64,000 nucleotides of DNA, taken from assembly GCA_951406725.2 (NCBI GenBank), contig OX597827.1, positions 35,526,001-35,590,000 on the forward strand, written 5' to 3'. The stretch comes from Octopus vulgaris (lineage: Eukaryota). The notes beneath the pieces are model-generated. The model was not told the DNA's origin and did no database searches. It saw nothing but the letters and a program-made list of their open reading frames with translations. Below are positions 50,255 through 59,490 of this stretch, in pieces; position 1 is the first letter of the stretch; every line of letters starts with the position of its first letter. A program made the position numbers and the translations under genes.

Positions 50255-50509
50255 AAGAGATGAGGAATTATGTACATTATTTACATTTGACAGATATTTG
50301 TCCTTATCTTGTTTGTTGTTAACACACTGTCTCGTTTGATATACCCTCCAACCCTCCAGCGTTCATCAGGTGTCTTGGGGGAATTTCGAACCTGAGTTCT
50401 CATTCCAAAGGTATTTTTCAATGTTATTATTATTCAGGTCACTGCCTGGAATTGAACTCGGAATCTTGGGATTAGTAGACAGTGCTCTTAACCACTACAC
50501 CCTATGCCC
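50255..50509 (-). mobile_element. tRNA-headed SINE carrying a hammerhead-like motif in its 3' half
   Basis: Head gggcatagggtgtagtggttaagag...gagttcaattcc, then acac-CTGATGA-...-GAGA-cagt-gtgt at 50373-50322. Confidence 0.65.
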
Positions 50510-50605
50510 CTGGGCATGTGTATATATATATATATATATAAAGGTGGTACTCCAGCATGGCCGCTGCCAAATGACTGAAACAAGTATGTATATATATGTA
50601 TATGA

Positions 50606-50636
<31 letters not shown>

Positions 50637-50811
50637 TGTAGGTATGTATACATATATGTATATGTATACATATATGTATATATATATATATGTATATATA
50701 TATGTATGTATATATGCATGCATGTATATGTATATATGTGCATCTATATATGCATATGGATGTATGTGTATTTATATGTATGTATATATATGTATCTATA
50801 TATATATTATA

Positions 50812-51197
50812 CTAGCAGTATCGCCCGGCGTTGCTCGGGTTTGTTTCGACCCGCTGGAATTGGAATTTTTGAAAAGTAAAAATTTTGCATTATGTAGCTT
50901 GTTATTCTCTTCAAGTGACCATTTTTCTGGTTGAAATACACCGAAAAGTGGCGACACAGCAGTGAAAAAATCGTAAAAAATAGGGATTTTCATAGAAAAA
51001 AAAGCACCTTTTTGATGTAAATAATTTTTGGTGTTAACATGGTCCGATTTGAATTTTATCTTCTACGGAAGGAAGAGCAACCCTTCTATCATACACTCAA
51101 TTTTGGTCAACTTGTGCCACAGGGTCTCGGAGGAGATAGTGTTAGTTGAAGGCTACCAAACCTGGTACACACAGACAACTTCAGCTTTATATATAGA
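50812..51197 (-). mobile_element. Non-autonomous Helitron
   Basis: 5' TCTATATATAAAG; 3' hairpin cccgagcaacgccggg followed by CTAG; A/T insertion site. Confidence 0.8.
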
Positions 51198-51408
51198 GAG
51201 ATAGCACACACACATTAATACACATACATACACACACACACATCTATGTATGTATGTATATATGTACATCTGTCCACTTCTTGCCATATTTTTATCCTTC
51301 ACTTCCTACACACACGCACGCACGCACACACACACACCTTCTTAGCTTACAATTTTCTTTCAACAATTGACACTGTCATATATGTATCTGTTTGCGTGTC
51401 TCTGTGTG

Positions 51409-51870
51409 TAAAGAGAAAGTGGGAGTAAGTGCAGTAATAGGCGGAGTAAAGCCTTTGAAGTGAGAGAGGTAAATCGTAAAATTTTGAGTTTTCTCGAATT
51501 TTTACTTAATTGGGGGTGAAATTGAAAGAAATTTATATGCCATGACCGAATGGAATGTACTTGGAAAAATCATAGGTAAACTCCAATTGAAGAAATTGTG
51601 TGAGGAGTAAATCGTTATGTATTTATTTGTTTCTGTTTGCTCTGTATTTTTTTTTGAGTAGTAGTTTAAGGTACACTTGCAAAGAGAAAGTAGGAGAAAT
51701 TATGGTAATAGCATGAGTGAAGCAGTTGAAATTAGAGAGGCAAATCGTAAAATATTTACTTTTCTCGAATTTTTGCTTAATTGGGGGTCAAATTGAAAAA
51801 ACTTTATATGCCATGACCCAATCGAATCTACTTGTAAAAATCGTAGGTAAATTCCAATTGAAGAAATTTT
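51409..51870. repeat. Degenerate direct duplication with a period of about 272 bp
   Basis: The block aaagagaaagt...ttctcgaattttt...ttaattgggggt...ccaattgaagaaatt starts at about 51409 and again at 51681. Confidence 0.8.
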
Positions 51871-51930
51871 ATATTGTAGAATTGTATTAAATGGGAACAG
51901 GCAGAGAAAATCTGCCTTTTATCATATGAG

Positions 51931-51970
<40 letters not shown>

Positions 51971-52264
51971 TATGTATATATATATATTTATATATATATA
52001 TATATAATGTGTATATGAACATATGTATGTGTATATATATATATATGTATATATTATATGTATATATATAAATATATATATTATATGTATATATATATAT
52101 ATATATATATGCATTTATATATATAAATGTATATATATATTATATGTATATATATGCATGTATATATATATATTTGTATATATATATTTATATGTATATA
52201 TATGTATACTTTTTTGAATAATTCTTTTGAAAAAAAAAATTTATATATATATATATATATTAAA

Positions 52265-53535
52265 TTTCAGCTCAGAGGTGCGGCCATGCTGATGCACCGC
52301 CGTTTTGCGCTACACTGTTATTACTGAGAGCCTTCTTCAATATGTGGTACTTGGTGAAGAATAGAGTTTGATATAGCTACCCTCATTTGCACCTCTTGCT
52401 TTGATGTAAGTTCATCTGGGACTCTCGACAGGATGAGGTCCAGCTTTGATTTAAAAACTCCTATATCTACTTTGTGCAGGTTTCTCAGGCTCTTTGGGGG
52501 AATATTAAAAAGCTGTGAGCCCTTGAAACCCAGGCTGTTGCAGTAAATGGTCCTGAAGACCGTTGGCGTTGCTGGGATCTTTGGCACCATCGTTCTGGCA
52601 TTGGTGTAGCTTTCAATGCCAAAATTTGGCACAATACCTTCCAGGATCTTCCAGATGTATATTACTGCATACCCCTCCCACCTTCTCTCCAGGGAGTTGA
52701 GTCTTAGCTGTTTCAGCTTTTCCCAGTAGCTGAGCAGTTGCAAAGGGACGATCTTCTTTGTGAATCTTCTCTGGATTGTTTCAAGGTCCGCTGTTAATTT
52801 CACACTGTTGGGTGACCATAGCTGTGAGCAGTAATCCAGGCGGCTGAGGACGAATATCCTCCAGAGGACCATCATGGTTTCCTTATCTCTGGTTCTGAAT
52901 GTTCTCAGGATCCATCCAGCCAGTCGTCTGCACTTTGTTGCCATCCTAGTAATGTGCACTTGGAAAGAGGTATCATCACTCATGTCAATACCCAGGTCCC
53001 TCACTGATTTAGGCTCTGGGATTGAAATTCCCTGTGGAATGGTGTACCCTGTAAGTTTTATAGTCAGTTTTGGACGCTGGTAGCGCAGGGCTGTGAATTA
53101 AACTTCATGTTATTATCCTCAGCCCATCTGTAAATTGAGTCCAACCCCTGCTGCAGATGTGCAACATCGCTGGGGTTCTGTATTTTCTGCGAGACTTTCG
53201 TATCGTCTGCATAGCTTGCCAGAGTGGCTATCTGGGTTCTTGAGGGCACTATAAAAAGCAGTGGTCCCAAGACAGTGCCTTGTGGAACACTGCTCACTAT
53301 TTGTGTTTTCCTAGAGGTGGCTCCATTAGCCACTACTGCCTGACTTCTATCTTTCAGAAAGTCGTGTAACCACTCTCCAAGTTTTCCAGCTATGCCGAGA
53401 TCACGCAGTTTGTGGCATATCATACCATGATCCACCTTGTCAAAAGCTTTTGCAAAATCAAGATATATTACGTCCACATTTGAGTTGTTGAGTAACTGCC
53501 TCAACACCCAGTCATAATGTTGTAAGTGCTGTAAT
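52265..53535 (-). mobile_element. 5'-truncated CR1-type LINE (RT to 3' end)
   Basis: Motifs VDVIYLDFAKAFDKVDH, VPQGTVLGPLLF, YADDTK, RDLGI, SRLDYCSQLWSP and SLERR, with frameshifts. Confidence 0.93.
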
Positions 53536-53717
53536 TTATGTATTTATATATATATGTGTGTGTGTGCGTGTATGTATTTGTTTATGTGTGTGTGTGTATA
53601 TATATATAGATAGATAGATAGAAAGATAGATATAGATATATGTATAAATATATACATGTGTGGATATATTTTTGTATAAATTTATATATTTATACGTATA
53701 TATATGTATATATTTAT

Positions 53718-53802
53718 ATTCCCTTCTTTCCTGAGCGTCCAATAATACTTTATTTGTTCCACATCCTTGCGTTGTTGTCTTTTTGTTTTCTTGTTTGGAT
53801 TA

Positions 53803-53806
<4 letters not shown>
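53718..53806 (+). mobile_element. Extreme 3' terminus of a Neptune-type PLE in (TA)n
   Basis: tttcctgagcg...aataatact...ttgttcc...gtttggattaa matches 41560-41635. Confidence 0.75.
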
Positions 53807-53865
<59 letters not shown>

Positions 53866-53868
<3 letters not shown>

Positions 53869-54986
53869 ATACTAATAAAAGGGTTCAGCAAAGATTTGCT
53901 TCACCACACACCGAAGTTAAGAAATAGCAGCCAAAAATCTTAGCTATTTCTTCTACTTTAAAAAGGGTCTTCCAGAGAAACCAAAATACTTGAAGGTTAT
54001 TCACACAGGCAGAGAATAAAGCAACGAAAATCAATCAATATCTGGTCGTCCATGGACGCGCGTTTCTGAATTAGGTTTTTCATAAAGAATATAAAAAAAT
54101 ATACTTTACTAACCATATTTGTAAAAGTCTATTATCAATAATAACAAAGGGTAAAATTAATTAATTCAGAAGTAATCAATAATTTCACCAAGTAGAATTC
54201 GGTATGAAAAAAGGACCGTTTCACGGCAAACTTAAGTAATACTAATAAAAGGGTTCAGCAAAGATTTGCTTCACCACACACCGAAGTTAAGAAATAGCAG
54301 CCAAAAATCTTAGCTATTTCTTCTACTTTAAAAAGAGTCTTCCAGAGAAACCAAAATTCCACTTGGTGAAATTATTGATTACTTCTTAATTAATTAATTT
54401 TACCTCTTGTTATTATTGATAATAGACTTTTCTCCCTGAGAACAAACTGCAGATTTTTTTCTGTAGTAGTTTACTTGAAGACACACGTGGAAGGGCGGGG
54501 GATGCTGAGCGAACCTCATTCATATTTTGAATTTGGCGGTGCTAACATTGAACATGAGCGGTCTAATGCCGTTAGGTGGAAAGATTCGTTCAACTAATCT
54601 AGTACCTTCGAATTATCGTGGAAAACCATGCTGACGAAGAATATGGTTAGTAAAGTATATTTTTTTATATTCTTTATGAAAAACCTAATTCAGAAAAAGC
54701 GCGTCCATGGACGACCAGATATTGATTGATTTTCGTTGCTTTATTCTCTGCCTGTGTGAATATCCTTCAAGTATTTTGGTTTCTCTGGAAGACCCTTTTT
54801 AAATTAGAAGAAATAGCTAAGAATTTTGGCTGCTATTTCTTAACTTTGGTGTGTGGTGAAGCAAATCTTTACTGAACCCTTTTATTAGTATTACTTAAGT
54901 TTGCCGTGAAACGGTCCTTTTTTCATACCAAATTCTACTTGGTGAAATTATTGATTACTTCTTAATTAATTAATTTTACCCTTTGT

Positions 54987-54990
<4 letters not shown>
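53866..54990. mobile_element. Compound of inverted and tandem Penelope pLTR-like repeats in (TA)n
   Basis: 53866-54119 and 54124-54357 are reverse complements of parts of 54640-54990, and 54361-54431 repeats the terminus in direct orientation. The copies are near identical. Confidence 0.85.
54626..54710 (+). ncRNA. Type I hammerhead motif with a long stem II
   Basis: ccatg-CTGACGA-[agaatatggtt...aacctaattca]-GAAAaagcgc-GTC-catgg. The sister minus-strand copy (54051-54119) has the intact GAA-ACGCGCGT-C. Confidence 0.7.
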
Positions 54991-55045
<55 letters not shown>

Positions 55046-55792
55046 TATATCATCATCGTTTCATGCTGGCATTGGTTGGACGGTTTGATTGTGAACTGGT
55101 GACCCAGAGTCTGCACCTGGCTCAATCTTATCTGGCAAAATTTCTACAGCTTGATGCCCTTCCTAACGCCAACCACCCCGAAAGTGTAGTGGGTGCTTTT
55201 ATATTCTACTGGCACGGAGTCTTGTCAGGTGGTACAGGCCACGACCACGCCCAAAAGGTATTTTTTTACATGCTACTTGCACGGGTGCCAGTCCGCCAGC
55301 ACTGGCAACGGCCACGCTCGAATGTTGTTTTTCACGTGCTACCAGCACATGTGCCGGTGTTCAACGTTTTTTTTTTTTTTATGTCCTGTACCCATATATG
55401 CATGTATATATACATATATACTTTTTTATCCGAGGGGAGGCAATGCGAGCAACAACTAAAGGAACATTACAAAACCCACAGAAAGATCAAACACATACAA
55501 ATATTCATATATTCATTTATATCTATAAAGCCCGACGTTTAAGAATTTAAAAATTTAGTAATATATAAATATATCAAATAAAAATATAAATTTTGCATAA
55601 AACACCTTGAATTTACGCTTAAAACATTTAGTATAAATTTGTTACAATAAAAGAAATAAAAATAATAAAAAAAATAAATAAAGCATACAATGACATATTA
55701 AAAGACGAATTAAAATTCTAGAGAAATGTACATAGAAGATAATAATTATACAAGTTTACGAAAATACATGTTTACAAAGATACATAGAAGTC

Positions 55793-55874
55793 CATCTACG
55801 GGCCGTTTCGGAGACACGCCAATTAATATGAGACATATCATATCTTTAAAATTGACACTCCCCTCGCCAGGATG
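55793..55874 (-). ncRNA. Type I hammerhead-like motif (A6G variant) in a probable PLE terminal remnant
   Basis: catc-CTGGCGA-ggggag...tctcc-GAA-ACGG-c-CCGT-A-gatg. Confidence 0.55.
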
Positions 55875-56924
55875 TCCTACATGCATATATGGGTACAGGA
55901 CATAAAATAAAAAACGTTGAACACAATGAGAAACGAAAACATAAAAACAAAAACATAGAAACGAATCTTTTTCGGACAACGAAAAAACAAACAAACAGAG
56001 AAACGAGACATACAACATAAAGAATAATCCCCTTCTTCAGTTGTCCCTGTTTCATCTACTCCGCGTACCGAAGGCAAAGACAAGACGCGACTTCGTTGAA
56101 ACAATCCTCCCAGCAAAGCAAATTAAATAAAATTTGGGATTTTTTGCGGAGGGGGAAAGTGGTAACAAGAACAGGACAGTGTGAACAAAATATTAAAAAC
56201 AAACGATGAGGGTTGTTAAGTCAAGACGATGGAAAAAAATATTTGGAACGTTTAAGGAGAAGAGCTTATGAAGAGAAAGTATAAGCACGTTTAGTCTTTG
56301 AGAAGGTAGTAGTCAGAAAGATAGATTCCCTCTCGTCACGTGTCAGCGACGAGAGAGTCGAGGAGGAGGAGTGAGACAGAGGGAACGGTGAAGGGGAGAG
56401 GAGAAGAATAGTGAAGGGTGGGAGAGAAAACCAGAAAGGATGAAGAACAAGAGGGTGAGAGATATAGTAAAGATAGAAGAGTGCGCATCCTAATTATTAA
56501 GATAAAACTTACCTGGAAAAGGATGCGTGGTGTTCGATCATATAATAATATAAATATATGCATATATACTTTTTTTAATGCTGGTACGCTGAAGTCGAAC
56601 ATTTTAGTAGAATAAAAAGATTGACTCCCGGACACTGTGTTTCATTACGATAGTTTATTAGGCTAAACACAACAGTAATAATTCCTCAGTTTTTCACTAG
56701 TGGACACTGAGAACTTTAGTTGTTTGTTGTTATTGTGATGGTGGAAAAGGTAAAGAATGGTAGGAAAGGAGAAACAGATAAGAGGGAAGGAAGGAAAGAG
56801 ACAAAGATGAGGAAGTTGTGAAAAGTGTAAGTTGAGATGGGACCAGTCAAAGACGGGAGGAAGGAACAAAAGAGAAACACCGAAAAATAGATACAGACGT
56901 ATAATCATACACGTGCGCACATTC

Positions 56925-57298
56925 ATACACACATACATACATACATACATACATACATACATACATACATACATACATACAAACATTCATGCACACATAC
57001 ATACATACATACATACATACATTCATACACACATACATACATACATACATACATACATTCATGCACACATACATACATACATACATACATACATAAGTAC
57101 ATACATACATACATACAGGCATACATACATACACACATGCATGCACACATACATACATACATACATACATACATACATACATACATACATACATACATGC
57201 ATGCACACATACATACATGCACACATACACACATGCATGCACACATACATACATACATACATACATACATACATACATACATACATACATACATACAT
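56925..57298. repeat. (CATA)n-based microsatellite
   Basis: Direct observation. Confidence 0.95.
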
Positions 57299-59490
57299 AA
57301 AAATCATCATTTCGGTACAGCCATAACAGACCTAATATTGTTCTGTGGGACAGAGAACAAAAGCCATGCATTGTTACAACAATCAACTGCCAAGCAGTAT
57401 GAATATACAATCAAAACCCCTAGGAAAAAGCGAGTGTTTATGGCGAATTAATGCGAAACTTACAGCTCTTCTACTCTGGCTACGAATTCTCATTTGTAAT
57501 TATCATCGGGTACCAACAAATTTGCACAAAAACCTTAAAATACTCGGTTTCGCGAAGAAAGAACAAAAGAAACTGACGTAGATTCTCCAAATCCAATCTA
57601 TTAGTGGCACAGTGAAGATTTGTAAGTCGTTCCAAAAATCCTTCATGTGAGATCCTTATGTGAACGCACTTGGGTGTATGCATAGGCAATTCAACCAACA
57701 TACCAACTCAACCGCATATTTCCAAACACTGTAAACTCTCTTAATTCAAAATGTCTTAGCAACCGGCTTGAACTCTTTCAAGAAGAACTTAAATTAAATT
57801 AAATTAAATAGCAATGTAAGAAAAATCATTCATTGCTATGCTTTCACTGTGTTCACTCCTGTCTGGAGTATACATGACTATTATTAGACACAAGATCCCA
57901 ACCCGATCTACACTCCGCATTACAGAACTTTGTTGTCCTTGCTGTTATATACATGGATTATCCACTCAAAGTCACTTTATCTAACGTGCTACATATAATC
58001 ATTACAGACCATTGAAAATGATTGATCCAGTGTATTTATTGTCTGACTTGTTGACGTCATAGGTTGTTCTTAGGGTCTACAGTTGTGTCACAGTAATGCC
58101 GAAATGCATTGCCTGCTCGAGGAGATTATAAGTCTAATTGACCCCGGTCAACATCCTAGTATACAGTTTTTGATGTATTTGTTGACTAGGAACCCTGCAA
58201 CATTTATAAGACTGTCCCTTTCCACTAGAGAACAGGCCCTTCTTCGATGTTTCCCTCTGGTTTCACAAGCCCTGATGATGTAACGGTTACCTCATTCCAT
58301 CTAAAGTAAGATATTTGAATCTTCCTTAAAAAAGCAACATTTGTGTATGTATGTGTGTGTGTGCGCGCGCGTGCAAGTGCTCATGCGTATCTTATTCACA
58401 ACAAAGCAAAATCAAAAGAACTAACCTAAGTTTAAATATTACAAAGCCTCATTGTGGGTTAAATAAGAATGTAAGTACGTTCTTTTTGTGCTACTGATGT
58501 GCAGGAAAAGAGGAATGGATCTCCTGACAGACCGTTTTACAGTCTGTTTACCACTATTCAGAGAAGACGTACCTAGCTTCATTCTCCAAACAACTTGAGA
58601 AATTAACTACTATTTGAAGTTATTTGTGGTTAGCTTAGTAGTGGATTTGCTTATTTGTGATTTTTATGAGTCGCATTAATTTAGCAATATATATTTTGTG
58701 CAAAACACAGGATAGTTAAGAACTGAAATGAATTTGTGCGTGTGTGTTTATAAATTAATGCTTGGGAGAAAGGCAAAGCGGGTTTGTGCGGGCATGCATA
58801 TCTTCATGTGTGTGCGTGAGTATGTGTCTATATGTGTGAGTGTGTATGTATGTGTGTTATAACTTGTATACTTGGTTTATATATACGCTATACAAGTAAG
58901 ATCATTGACACATACACATAGTCGTATATATATATATATATATATACATATGTACATATATATATATATATACACATACATATGTACATAGATTTATGCA
59001 TATATGCAGGCATACATACATAGGTGTGCATATACATACATGAATACATATGTGTGTACATACATAGATGTATACATAAATGCATATATGTGTGGGTGTA
59101 TACATACATACATACATACATACATACATACATACATACATACATACATACATACATAAAAAATACAATACAATGATGAAAGCCCAAGCTATGTCATAGA
59201 AGCCGAAATTTCAGTAATGTACTTAACGACGGCAGGCGAAATTACGAGCCCTCTCAGGTCGTATAGAAAGCGGTGAAGAAGGGTCACAGGACTTGCACGA
59301 GGGCAAACTACTACTATGTACATATAATATATATATATATGTGTGTATGTATGTATGTATGTATGTATGTATGTATGTATGTATGTATGTATGTATGTAC
59401 GTACACACACACACTTAAATACAATATAATATATAAAGTACATCGTGCAATGAGTTATTAGATACGTTTTAAAAATTGACGGATGCAAGT

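Noticed and set aside
57400-58050. Possible decayed PLE endonuclease region on the minus strand
   Set aside because: Too degenerate to support by eye; it needs a profile search.
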